DNA of 64,000 nt from Burkholderiaceae bacterium (GTDB lineage: Bacteria; Patescibacteriota; Saccharimonadia; Saccharimonadales; AQU-01): assembly GCA_043788365.1 (NCBI GenBank), contig JAYVTZ010000002.1:124032-188031 (forward strand). Reading direction: 5' to 3'. Below the pieces are notes generated by a model, which worked only from the letters and a program-made list of their open reading frames with translations, ran no database searches and was not told where the DNA came from. The position numbers and the translations under genes are program-made. Position 1 is the first letter of the stretch. Each line of letters starts with the position of its first letter. Below are positions 46,295 through 55,076 of this stretch, piece after piece.

Positions 46295-48868
46295 ATGAAT
46301 AGAAAATATTATTTTAATAAAAGATTAGTGGCAACCTCTTTAATGTCCTTCTGCATTTTGGCGGTAATAGTCATATTCATTTCGTCGCATGTCGGAGCTA
46401 ATACTTCAGCCTCTCCCTGGTTAAGTATTGCTAATCCAACACTGCTTAAAGAATTTGACTTGGGTTCAGGCGACAGCTTTCCGTCAACCGTCGCAGGCCT
46501 TGGCAACAGAGATTGCCAAAATGAAACAGTATTAACTCGTCCAGCCAAACTACTACAGTCACCACAGACAACAACCGATTGTTTTGTGCGCACGAGTTTT
46601 GGACTAGCTAGTAGTAACGGACTGTTACGTTTCGGTAACGCCAAAATATCTGGTAGAGCTGTTAATTTTGGTAGTTATCTTGGCGGCTTAATCGCCATAC
46701 CTAGCTCCAACGACATCATCAACTTCACCAGCTCACCGTCTGGTGGTTTGTTCTTGCAGTTCAGTCGTTCTTTACCAGCTCCAATTACGGTTGATGTCGC
46801 GTCGTCGGGTGATGTAAGTTATCGCTTTAATCAACCGGCGAGCGCGGGCCTACGTGACCAGGCGGGTAACTTATTAGCCGCCCAAACCGATAGTCTAAGT
46901 TTCTCGACTAACGGCAAATGGATGGTAGTTGACTCGCCTTTTCGAGCAACTTTGCGTGTCAATCTGGACACTCTGGAAGTTCTGCCGTTTCGGGCGGCAT
47001 TTAATTACCAACTGGGTCTGGCACCAGCGCTGCAAACCGCAATCAGCAATGATGGTCGCTATGCTGTTGTGGCTTCGGCAAACTACTCGGTTTTGACGCT
47101 ATATGATTTAAGCACCTGCGCGCCACCACCAGCCACAATCAACGGGCCCGTTAACTGCCAGTCACGCAATCTACTGCCCTATATGCAGGGCCAACTGGCT
47201 GGCTTTGCCGGCACGTTTAATATCCGTTTTATCGCCGACGAAATTATTCAGTTATATGGCATTTCGACCACTGCTGGCGTTACAAAAAGGTCATTTTTTA
47301 CTCTTTTGGCACCCGGCCAAACCCAGATCAAAATCACTTATCTTGGTATGGGTGATTCGTTTTCGTCAGGCGAAGGCGACAACTTGGGCGGTACTTATTA
47401 CGAACCCGGCACCGACGAGACAACGAACCTCTGTCACTTAAGCAAGCGAAGCTACCCTTATTTAATTAAGTCTGATCTTAAAATCAGCGATTTCCATAGC
47501 GTAGCGTGTAGTGGTGCACTTGAACAAAACATTAATAGCCTTAGTAGTGGAGGTGCCCAATATATTCATAATGATTTAAGTAACTTCTGGCAACCTGGGT
47601 ATCAAAGACAACTAGACTATCTCTCTGTTTCAAAACCAAACTTCTTGACCATATCAGTCGGCGGCAATGATGTAGGATTTTCTGATATTCTAGTCGAGTG
47701 CGCCACTTCACACTTCAAAATACCCTTACCGAATACTTGTGGATACGCTAGTAATCAGTCTGACCGTGCAAACGTTGCCAAATTAATTGCTGACCAATAT
47801 GTTAGGTTGAAAAGTCTATACCAGGAACTTATTAGATCTACGAATGGTAAAACCAAGATTTATGTTGTTGGCTATCCTGAGTTTGTTTTGGAAACGGGTG
47901 GTAGTTGTGGTGTTAATGTTCATTTAAACGACCAGGAACGTGAGTTCATTGCTAAGAGTGTCCACTATATGGACCAGGTGGTCAAATCAGCCGCCGAGGC
48001 GGCTGGAGTCCAATACCTAGATGTCGAAGATGCCTTGACTGGGCATAATCTGTGTAGCATAGTCAGTGACTCACAAATGGCGGTTAATGGCCTGACTGAG
48101 GGTAATGACAACCATTTACCGTGGTGGGCAGGATACTTGATAGGTGGTATTGCGAGTGTAATAGGCGTGCAGAGACTGGGGTTGGGAAATGAGAGTTTTC
48201 ACCCCAATCCAATAGGTCACTACCTGATGCATAACAAAATTCTCAGCCTGACTGGTGGTGACCTTGGCAGTTTTGTAGTCTGTCCGGCCACTCCATCCTT
48301 ATTTTTATGTCCAAGGGGCGACGGTAGTATACCCTTACCTGATTTAAATTACTTCGGGAGTGGTGCCTACAACTATATTAATAGTCTAAATAGTGCTGCG
48401 GCCGGTCAGACGTCGGTCATACCCGAACCACAAACCCTTATTGTTGGTGACAGCAGCATAACTAGTCAGCAGGTGCATGTTCAAGTCAGCTATTTATTAC
48501 CAAGTTCATCGGTAACTGTAAAGTTTGGCAATACTAGCCTCGGTAACTTTTTAACTTCTGCTGCCGGCAACATCGACACAGTGGTGAGTATAGGTTCGTC
48601 GACACAGCCTGGGTTCGGCAGTCTCCACCTTTTTGCGACAAATATTGCAGGTGAGACTAAGGACTACTTCCAGGATGTTTTTATCCCTGGACCTACTGGC
48701 GATATAAATAATAATGGAGTGCTTGATAGTTCTGAAACTTGTGGCTTTGCAGTCTTGTCTGGCGTTGATATAGATCAGGACGGTGTTGATGACTCTTGTG
48801 ACGGTTCAATCGGCCCACCACCTCCACCTAAACTTACTATCACCGTTCGCAGCCTAACAACAAAATAA
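46295..48868 (+). CDS. Secreted multidomain SGNH/GDSL hydrolase
   Basis: Signal/TM; GDSFSSGEG, VACSG, SVGGNDVGF and FHPN; C-terminal DINNNG/DIDQDG Ca-binding-like motifs. Confidence 0.82.
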   Translation: MNRKYYFNKRLVATSLMSFCILAVIVIFISSHVGANTSASPWLSIANPTLLKEFDLGSGDSFPSTVAGLGNRDCQNETVLTRPAKLLQSPQTTTDCFVRTSFGLASSNGLLRFGNAKISGRAVNFGSYLGGLIAIPSSNDIINFTSSPSGGLFLQFSRSLPAPITVDVASSGDVSYRFNQPASAGLRDQAGNLLAAQTDSLSFSTNGKWMVVDSPFRATLRVNLDTLEVLPFRAAFNYQLGLAPALQTAISNDGRYAVVASANYSVLTLYDLSTCAPPPATINGPVNCQSRNLLPYMQGQLAGFAGTFNIRFIADEIIQLYGISTTAGVTKRSFFTLLAPGQTQIKITYLGMGDSFSSGEGDNLGGTYYEPGTDETTNLCHLSKRSYPYLIKSDLKISDFHSVACSGALEQNINSLSSGGAQYIHNDLSNFWQPGYQRQLDYLSVSKPNFLTISVGGNDVGFSDILVECATSHFKIPLPNTCGYASNQSDRANVAKLIADQYVRLKSLYQELIRSTNGKTKIYVVGYPEFVLETGGSCGVNVHLNDQEREFIAKSVHYMDQVVKSAAEAAGVQYLDVEDALTGHNLCSIVSDSQMAVNGLTEGNDNHLPWWAGYLIGGIASVIGVQRLGLGNESFHPNPIGHYLMHNKILSLTGGDLGSFVVCPATPSLFLCPRGDGSIPLPDLNYFGSGAYNYINSLNSAAAGQTSVIPEPQTLIVGDSSITSQQVHVQVSYLLPSSSVTVKFGNTSLGNFLTSAAGNIDTVVSIGSSTQPGFGSLHLFATNIAGETKDYFQDVFIPGPTGDINNNGVLDSSETCGFAVLSGVDIDQDGVDDSCDGSIGPPPPPKLTITVRSLTTK

Positions 48869-48892
48869 CCCGTTCAGGGCTATAATAGAGCT

Positions 48893-49249
48893 ATGACAAC
48901 TGTTACGTTCGATGGCCAAAACATGCTAGTTACCATCCTCGGTATGGATGAGGTCTGGGCACTTAAACACTCACTAACTATTCCTATAGAACACGTTAAG
49001 ACGGCCATTCATGACCCAAAACTTGCCAAAAGGCGGCTCTATCCTGGGCTGCGCATACCTGGCACAGATATTCCGGGTATTATTCGAGCCGGAACTTTTT
49101 ATCGTCGTGGCAAGAGGTTCTTTTGGGATGTTCATCACCCCGACAAATCTATCGTCATAACTCTTGAAAACGAAAAGTACTATCAGTTAATCATTGAGGT
49201 TGAGCACCCAGAAGAGACAGTTGGCCAAATCTTAGCAAAAATCAGCTGA
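48893..49249 (+). CDS. Small hypothetical protein (bacterial PH-like fold suspected)
   Basis: LRIPGTDIPG.I.AGTF motif; TATAAT-6nt-ATG. Confidence 0.65.
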   Translation: MTTVTFDGQNMLVTILGMDEVWALKHSLTIPIEHVKTAIHDPKLAKRRLYPGLRIPGTDIPGIIRAGTFYRRGKRFFWDVHHPDKSIVITLENEKYYQLIIEVEHPEETVGQILAKIS

Positions 49250-49711
49250 TTATTTATCGGCGGTTGGCTTTAGGACGATGTGGCGGTCGCGACCCTCGCC
49301 AACTGATTCTGTTTCGACACCGTTTTCTGATGCAGTTTTGTGTACAATCCGTCTATCGGCTGAGTTCATCGGCTCTAGCTCTTTGGCTTTGCCACTAGAT
49401 TTAACTTCTTCGATCCATTCTTTGGCAACTTCTGCCAAACGGTCAGCGCGCTGCTTCTTATAATCGGCAATGTCAACATTGACCCGACTAATAGCGTAGT
49501 CATTATTCTTAAGGGCATTACTAACCATAAACTGCATGGCGCGCATGGTGTCGCCGTGCTGACCAATCAAGAAACCGTTTAAGTGAGTGGATGGAACGTG
49601 GAGTTCTATCACCTCGTCTTCACTGTTAGTGGCGTAAACATCGGTATTAAGACCAAAGAAGGACAACAAGTCCTCTAGGTATTTTTTTGCGTAAATGATT
49701 GACTCTTCCAT
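49250..49711 (-). CDS. jag: Jag/KhpB-like KH-R3H RNA-binding protein
   Basis: LIGQHGDTM (KH), MNSADRRIVH (R3H) and SVGEGRDR; downstream of yidC. Confidence 0.88.
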   Translation of the reverse strand: MEESIIYAKKYLEDLLSFFGLNTDVYATNSEDEVIELHVPSTHLNGFLIGQHGDTMRAMQFMVSNALKNNDYAISRVNVDIADYKKQRADRLAEVAKEWIEEVKSSGKAKELEPMNSADRRIVHKTASENGVETESVGEGRDRHIVLKPTADK

Positions 49712-50646
49712 TATCGTTTCCTCCGCTTATTGTTACCCTTGCCCTTTGACGTTGGTTTGGTGTTTTTTGGTTTTGGAGGAATAACTTCGCCTTCGATAAT
49801 TGTTTTGGTCGCCGATTTGTCGGCCGCATCTTCCATTTCTTCAACATCCGACCCAAGAACTTTGGCTTGTTGAACATAAGCAGTTAGTCCACTAACTAAC
49901 CAATAAAGCGACAATGCAGATGGGATTTTAACAGTTACTAAGAAGATAAAACCTGGGATAAGAAATTTCGTGCTCCTACCTACAGCAGCGTTCACTTCCC
50001 CTTGGTCGGCCTGTTTGCCGGTATTTGCATCTTTTAGGATTGTGCGAAGCGATCGACTGTCTTTGTCGCTAGGCATTAACTGCTTGCTCTGGAAGTATTG
50101 CATTACTGCGCTACCGAGTACAATTACCATCGCTGGCCAGTAGACAGCACCGCTCGTTTTATCAATTGCTGCTCTAGTTAGGTCGACGACATTAAATAGT
50201 GTCCCGTCAAAACTATGAATGTTAGCCGCCAGGTGCTTAATCCAACCCAGGTGTTGTATAACTGGATATGAAAAGGATGTGATTACTTTAGGGTCAGCAA
50301 TAATACGCCGTAGCCCGCTATATAGTCCGATGAAAATTGGTAGTTGTAGAAACACTAGGCCGATGCTAGAAAATGGATTAATACCGCGTTCTTTGTACAA
50401 CTCCATCATCATGACCGATTCTTTTTGGCGGTCTCCCTTGGCGGCTAGTTTGATACGCTTGAGCTCGGGTTGTATGCCACGCATGGCTTTAGTCTGGTGT
50501 AGTTGCTTTTTAACCAGAGGCCACATTAGTAGCCGAACAAGAATTGTAAAAACTATTACCGACAAACCGAAGTTATGCCCTGGAATAAGTGCATAAATAA
50601 GCACTAACAGATTGAAAATTGGCCGAACTATCAGGGTAGTAAACAC
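49711..50646 (-). CDS. yidC: Membrane protein insertase YidC
   Basis: FTILVRLLMWPL, IQPELKRI, ELYKERGINP, QLPIF and LSLYW. Confidence 0.95.
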   Translation of the reverse strand: MFTTLIVRPIFNLLVLIYALIPGHNFGLSVIVFTILVRLLMWPLVKKQLHQTKAMRGIQPELKRIKLAAKGDRQKESVMMMELYKERGINPFSSIGLVFLQLPIFIGLYSGLRRIIADPKVITSFSYPVIQHLGWIKHLAANIHSFDGTLFNVVDLTRAAIDKTSGAVYWPAMVIVLGSAVMQYFQSKQLMPSDKDSRSLRTILKDANTGKQADQGEVNAAVGRSTKFLIPGFIFLVTVKIPSALSLYWLVSGLTAYVQQAKVLGSDVEEMEDAADKSATKTIIEGEVIPPKPKNTKPTSKGKGNNKRRKR

Positions 50647-50669
50647 TGGCTGTCTCCTTAACTATGTAC

Positions 50670-51017
50670 CTATGATACCACGCCCGCCCCAGTTAATAGG
50701 TTTTTTAGGTTGTCAACTAGTTCGCTATGTGGCATGTTTGCAACTTTTTCATCAAAAACCGTGATTATAATATCGTACGGCCCGGTCATTTTGTCAGCCT
50801 CTAGGCGCACAACTTCCATGACTCGACGCCTTATGCGGTTACGGACAACTGCCGACTTACTGACTTTCTTACTAACAACAACAGCAAGCCGATAGTCTTT
50901 GCGACGCCCGTCAGGATAATACTTAATGCTGATCGCTGGTCCTCGAACCGTTTTACCCTGCCTATAGACGTAGCGCAGACTACCTAGCCCGTGGAAGCGG
51001 TGACTTTTTGAAATCAT
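50670..51017 (-). CDS. rnpA: Ribonuclease P protein component
   Basis: RLAVVVSKKVSKSAVVRNRIRRR. Confidence 0.95.
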   Translation of the reverse strand: MISKSHRFHGLGSLRYVYRQGKTVRGPAISIKYYPDGRRKDYRLAVVVSKKVSKSAVVRNRIRRRVMEVVRLEADKMTGPYDIIITVFDEKVANMPHSELVDNLKNLLTGAGVVS

Positions 51018-51024
51018 ACCTTAA

Positions 51025-51097
51025 TAGTAGCTAGGAAATAGGAAATAGGAAATAGCTCACCTCTGTTTTCTTATGCTAGTTCCTAATTACTAGATAC
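51025..51097. repeat. Inverted pair of heptamer arrays (TAGNAAN type) with no enclosed gene
   Basis: TAGTAGC (TAGGAAA)x3 TAG, then after ~18 nt the inverted arm TGCTAGT TCCTAAT TACTAGA TAC. Confidence 0.75.
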
Positions 51098-51101
51098 TGC
51101 T

Positions 51102-51239
51102 CTAGTGGGTTAAGCGGACTCGTCCTTTGAGACGGCGAGCATTTAGAACACGTTTGCCGGCTTTTGTTGCCATGCGCTTCATAAAACCGTGCTGCTTTGA
51201 GCGTTGGCGTTTTTTTGGTTGATAAGTTCTTTTCGGCAT
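51102..51239 (-). CDS. rpmH: 50S ribosomal protein L34
   Basis: Not in the ORF track. [45 protein letters not shown]. Confidence 0.97.
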   Translation of the reverse strand: MPKRTYQPKKRQRSKQHGFMKRMATKAGKRVLNARRLKGRVRLTH

Positions 51240-51415
51240 AAATATCCTCTGGTTAGTAATTTAATTGCTAATTAATAGCATTTGAGTCGAGTAATCATAC
51301 CTTTTTTTAACTCTTTTGGCAAGGAGTTAAGGTGTCGACCGTTAGACATTGATTATCGATGCATTTCCGCCCCTGCCAGTTGGCGGATGGCGGATTATCA
51401 TTTGGCCATTGCCTC

Positions 51416-51531
51416 AAGTTAAAAGCCTAAAGTCGAATGTCGAAAGCCAGAACTGGATCCCGGGTCAAGCCTGGGATGACAATGGAGTGTTTTTGATCTA
51501 GCTTTCAACTTTAGACATTTAACATTTAACT
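51416..51531. repeat. Inverted heptamer arrays enclosing a REP/RPE-like unit
   Basis: AAGTTAA AAGCCTA AAGTCGA ATGTCGA AAGCCAG, then the REP at 51452-51484, then TAGCTTT CAACTTT AGACATT TAACATT TAACT. Confidence 0.7.
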
Positions 51532-51574
51532 ATCCCCATACGTAGATTTGACAATATTTACCCCATCAAACCAG

Positions 51575-51760
51575 GTTACTTGTCCACTGGTGTAATGGCT
51601 TTATCCACAATTTAATAGATGAGCTTGTTTCGTGTGTACAAGTTAGCCCCTGTAAATGAATTTTAGGCAACCGACTGTTGTAATTAGGTTTTTACATGTG
51701 GAAAACTCTGGGTTGGTTGTATATAGTTATAAATATAGAGTTTTAAAACTGTCATAACGA
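51575..51760. other. oriC part 1 / dnaA upstream DnaA-box cluster
   Basis: Perfect TTATCCACA at 51601-51609; near boxes TTGTCCACT 51580, TGTGTACAA 51633 and TGTGGAAAA 51697; between rpmH and dnaA. Confidence 0.75.
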
Positions 51761-51779
51761 GAGAGGGTTTTTAGGGCTT

Positions 51780-53138
51780 ATGAGGGATGGTTTGTGGCAA
51801 GCGGTTTTGGGAGAAATTGAGTTGACTGTTTCGCGTGCCAGCTATATTACCTGGTTTAAGAACACCGTCCTCTTACAACATAAAGATAATTGCTTGGTAA
51901 TTGGAGTACCTAATGTTTTTATCAAGCAGCAAATGGAGAAGAAGTTTAATGACTTGGTTCTTGAAACACTGAAGAAGAACGGTATTGTCCCAGAAAAAAT
52001 AGATTATAAAATCCATACTGCCAGTTCTGTGCCGAAACGCGAAGATGATGAACCTATCATTCTTAACCCTATTGAATCTCGGTCATCTCGAAACCCTACC
52101 AGCAGCCTAACTCATACTTATAGGCAAGGTTTAAATGAACGTTATACCTTTGATAACTTCGTTGTTGGCTCTGGCAATGAACTAGCTTACGCAGCATGCC
52201 AAGCTATAGCCCAAAACCCGGGTTCAAAATATAATCCATTGTTTCTATACGGTGGTGTGGGAATAGGTAAGACTCATTTGATACAAGCCGTTGGTAATGC
52301 AGTTTTGGCTAGAAATCCAAGCGCCCATGTTGTTTATATATCTACAGAACAGTTTGTCCAGGAATTCTTAGACGCAATCAGATACAAAAAGAACACTGAT
52401 TTTGCAGGCTATTATAGGGGTGCTGATGTTTTGATTGTTGACGACATGCAGTTCATCGCTGGTAAAGAAAAGACTCAGGAAGAGTTCTTCCATACATTCA
52501 ATGCCCTACACCAAGCCAACAAACAAATTATCATCAGTAGTGATAAGCCACCGAAAGATATACCAACCTTGGAAGAACGTCTAAGATCACGTTTTGCTTG
52601 GGGTATGAGTATCGATATGCAAACGCCTGACTTCGAAACGCGGTGTGCTATTATCCAAAATAAAGCCGCTAGTCACGAAATTACACTTAGTCAGCCCGTT
52701 GTTGAATACTTAGCAACTAATATCCAAACCAATATTCGTGAACTTGAAGGTGCGCTTAACCAGTTGTTGGCTTTTTGTGAAATGCGTGGCATTGAGCCCG
52801 ATTTACAGATTGCTGCCGGTTTGTTAGGTGCCGGACGTACCAGACCAAGACACGTAAGCGCTAAACAGATTGTTGAACGGACGGCAAAACATTATCAGAT
52901 TCAGATTTCAGATATCTTGGGACCTAAGCGCGATAAAGATATAGTCGTGCCAAGACAGGTAGCTATGTATATATTAAGAAGCGAACTTCATCTTAGTTTT
53001 CCAAAGATTGCGCGTGAACTTGGCCGTAAAGATCACACCACTGCCATACACTCGGTCGAGAAGATTGAGAAAGAATCGGTTTTTGATGCTGATATTAGGG
53101 CCGCTATTGCTGAGATTAAGGAGCGTCTTTATGCATAA
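51780..53138 (+). CDS. dnaA: Chromosomal replication initiator
   Basis: YTFDNFV, NPLFLYGGVGIGKTHL, QEEFFHTFN, RELEGAL and RKDHTT. Confidence 0.98.
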   Translation: MRDGLWQAVLGEIELTVSRASYITWFKNTVLLQHKDNCLVIGVPNVFIKQQMEKKFNDLVLETLKKNGIVPEKIDYKIHTASSVPKREDDEPIILNPIESRSSRNPTSSLTHTYRQGLNERYTFDNFVVGSGNELAYAACQAIAQNPGSKYNPLFLYGGVGIGKTHLIQAVGNAVLARNPSAHVVYISTEQFVQEFLDAIRYKKNTDFAGYYRGADVLIVDDMQFIAGKEKTQEEFFHTFNALHQANKQIIISSDKPPKDIPTLEERLRSRFAWGMSIDMQTPDFETRCAIIQNKAASHEITLSQPVVEYLATNIQTNIRELEGALNQLLAFCEMRGIEPDLQIAAGLLGAGRTRPRHVSAKQIVERTAKHYQIQISDILGPKRDKDIVVPRQVAMYILRSELHLSFPKIARELGRKDHTTAIHSVEKIEKESVFDADIRAAIAEIKERLYA

Positions 53139-53140
53139 GT

Positions 53141-53168
53141 TAGGCGATGGGCGATGGGCGATGGGCGA
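53141..53168 (+). repeat. Heptamer tandem array
   Basis: TAGGCGA (TGGGCGA)x3 immediately after the dnaA stop. Confidence 0.8.
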
Positions 53169-53199
53169 AAAATCTAAAACATTGCTTGTTTTGGTTACA

Positions 53200-53460
53200 A
53201 AAGCTTGTGGGTGGGTTGTGTATACACCCCGGGTATTCCTGTGTTTAAGTAGCTTTGGTTGTGCTCAAGCATTAATTGCAAACATTGCTGATCGTGTACA
53301 AACCCCAAGTTTAGAACAGTTTGTGCAAGTTTTATGGGCAGGTTTCTACCCGACTTATGCACGTTTTCTCAATCTGTTAAATATGGGTTTTGGGGCTATA
53401 TACACAGGCCCTACTATAAAGACTACTAACTGTATAAATTCATTAATAATATAAAACCAG
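53200..53460. other. oriC part 2: degenerate DnaA boxes, DnaA-trio-like repeats and AT-rich unwinding region
   Basis: Several TGTGNNNAA-like boxes; ATATACACA (53398-53406)-GGCC-CTACTATAAAGACTACTAAC followed by an AT-rich tract before dnaN. Confidence 0.75.
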
Positions 53461-53470
53461 GAGAACTTAT

Positions 53471-54562
53471 ATGAAACTTCAAGTCACTCAAGAAAATTTA
53501 ACAAAAGCCCTCAATACTGTCGCGCGAGTTGCTAACGGTCGCAACACCCTACCAATACTCTCAAATGTTATTTTAAGAACGGTGGGGACTAGGTTAAGTA
53601 TCGCCGCTACCAATCTTGATATTGCCATAACTCATTATATTGGTTCAAAGGTTGCTACCGAGGGCAGTATCACCATCCCTGCCCGTTTAACACAAGACTT
53701 TGTGTCTAGTTTGCCAAGTGGTGTGATTGACCTAACCCTAGAAGATAACAAATTACACATCTCAACCGATAAATACCAATCTGTTATAAATGGTGTTTCA
53801 GCAGACGAATTCCCTATCATGCCAGCCATAACAAATGGGAAAAAATGGACCATAGACGCTAAAATTCTAAAGAAAGGTTTGCAACAAACAATCATTGCCG
53901 CCTCAAGTGACGAGTCTCGGCCAACACTTACTGGAATTTATTTACACACACACGAAGGTAGTCTTTATATGGTGGCAACTGATAGCTATCGACTAGCCGA
54001 ACGAAAACTCATCAAAGTTGATAGCGACGTCACATTACTAATCCCAGCAAACGCCATGCAGGATTTGCTCAGAATAATTGCCGACTATGAAGAAGAAGTA
54101 GAGGTTACGCACGACGATCAACAGATTTTATTTCGTGTTGGTGACGTCGAATTGGTCGCAAGACTAATTGAGGGCAAATACCCAGACTACCGCAAACTAA
54201 TCCCTAGCAAATTTACAACAACCGCAACACTAAACCGAGCAGAATTTATGAATATTACCAAAGTTTCTAGTTTGTTTGCACGCGAAAGCGCAGGGAGTAT
54301 CACTATCCATGTTGACGGTGTTAAAAAAGAGGTTAGTATCCGTTCAATCGCCTCACAACTTGGTGAAAATACTGCTTCTGCAGAGGCAAAGGTTACTGGT
54401 GAGGGTGATATTACTCTCAACTCTAAATACCTGACAGACGCCTTACATGTTATGACTGGAGATAGTGTAACTTTCAGCTTCAACGGCAAGCTCGAACCAG
54501 TTCTTGTTAAAGAAGACAAAGCGAACGACTACTCTCATGTAGTTATGCCACTAAAAAGCTGA
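53471..54562 (+). CDS. dnaN: DNA polymerase III beta clamp
   Basis: TLPILSNV, ATNLD, VATDSYRL, RLIEGKYPDY and VVMP. Confidence 0.97.
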   Translation: MKLQVTQENLTKALNTVARVANGRNTLPILSNVILRTVGTRLSIAATNLDIAITHYIGSKVATEGSITIPARLTQDFVSSLPSGVIDLTLEDNKLHISTDKYQSVINGVSADEFPIMPAITNGKKWTIDAKILKKGLQQTIIAASSDESRPTLTGIYLHTHEGSLYMVATDSYRLAERKLIKVDSDVTLLIPANAMQDLLRIIADYEEEVEVTHDDQQILFRVGDVELVARLIEGKYPDYRKLIPSKFTTTATLNRAEFMNITKVSSLFARESAGSITIHVDGVKKEVSIRSIASQLGENTASAEAKVTGEGDITLNSKYLTDALHVMTGDSVTFSFNGKLEPVLVKEDKANDYSHVVMPLKS

Positions 54563-54570
54563 AAGCTTTT

Positions 54571-54631
54571 TAGCAACTAGGAATTAGTAAATAGCCAGAC
54601 AAGAAACATTAATAAATAGTGAATTAGTAGG
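54571..54631 (+). repeat. Left heptamer arm (TAGNAAN) of the four-helix-bundle element
   Basis: TAGCAAC TAGGAAT TAGTAAA TAGCCAG, plus a weaker second patch at ~54610-54631. Confidence 0.75.
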
Positions 54632-54675
54632 TGGCTTTGTTCATTGTTTAGTTATTGCGGTTTAAAATAGACTCC

Positions 54676-55053
54676 ATGACAGATAGTATAAAATCATTCA
54701 CCCAACTGGTCGCTTGGAGAAAAAGCCATCAACTAGTTCTCTCGACTCTTAGAAGATGTGAAGACTTACCTAGCTACAACTTCTTGCGTAAACAAATTGA
54801 GCGTTCAGTACTTTCGATTACTTCAAATATTGCTGAAGGTTTTGGCCGAGAGTCGATTAACGACAAAAAGCATTTTTACGTTGTTGCCAGAGGTTCGGCT
54901 TTTGAAGTCCAGAACCAACTGTTAGTGGCAAGAGATGCTAAACTGTTAAAAGAAGCAGAGTTTCAAGAACTAGCAGAACTTTCTCTAGACTCTTTACGCC
55001 TACTTCACGGGCTTATACGTTCACTAAATAAAGTAATAAAAGCTAACACCTAG
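54676..55053 (+). CDS. Four-helix-bundle protein (23S rRNA IVS-protein / bAvd-like family)
   Basis: SFTQLVAWRKS, QIERSVLSITSNIAEGFGR and ARGSAFEVQNQL; start at 54676 after TAAAAT-7nt. Confidence 0.9.
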   Translation: MTDSIKSFTQLVAWRKSHQLVLSTLRRCEDLPSYNFLRKQIERSVLSITSNIAEGFGRESINDKKHFYVVARGSAFEVQNQLLVARDAKLLKEAEFQELAELSLDSLRLLHGLIRSLNKVIKANT

Positions 55054-55073
55054 TTACTATTTACTAATTACTG
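55043..55073 (-). repeat. Right (inverted) heptamer arm of the four-helix-bundle element
   Basis: CTAACAC CTAGTTA CTATTTA CTAATTA CTG; contains the perfect reverse complement of AATTAGTAAATAG in the left arm. Confidence 0.75.
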
Positions 55074-55076
55074 ACA

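Noticed and set aside
51240-51575. Structured ncRNA or tRNA upstream of rpmH
   Set aside because: The hairpins are explained by REP-like and heptamer repeats; no cloverleaf or known RNA motif recognised
53008-53454. 148-aa ORF between dnaA and dnaN
   Set aside because: Overlaps dnaA and runs through the heptamer array and DnaA boxes; no protein-like features
54676-55053. Diversity-generating retroelement (Avd) or an rRNA intervening sequence
   Set aside because: No reverse transcriptase, no TR/VR pair with adenine-specific mismatches and no rRNA gene in the window
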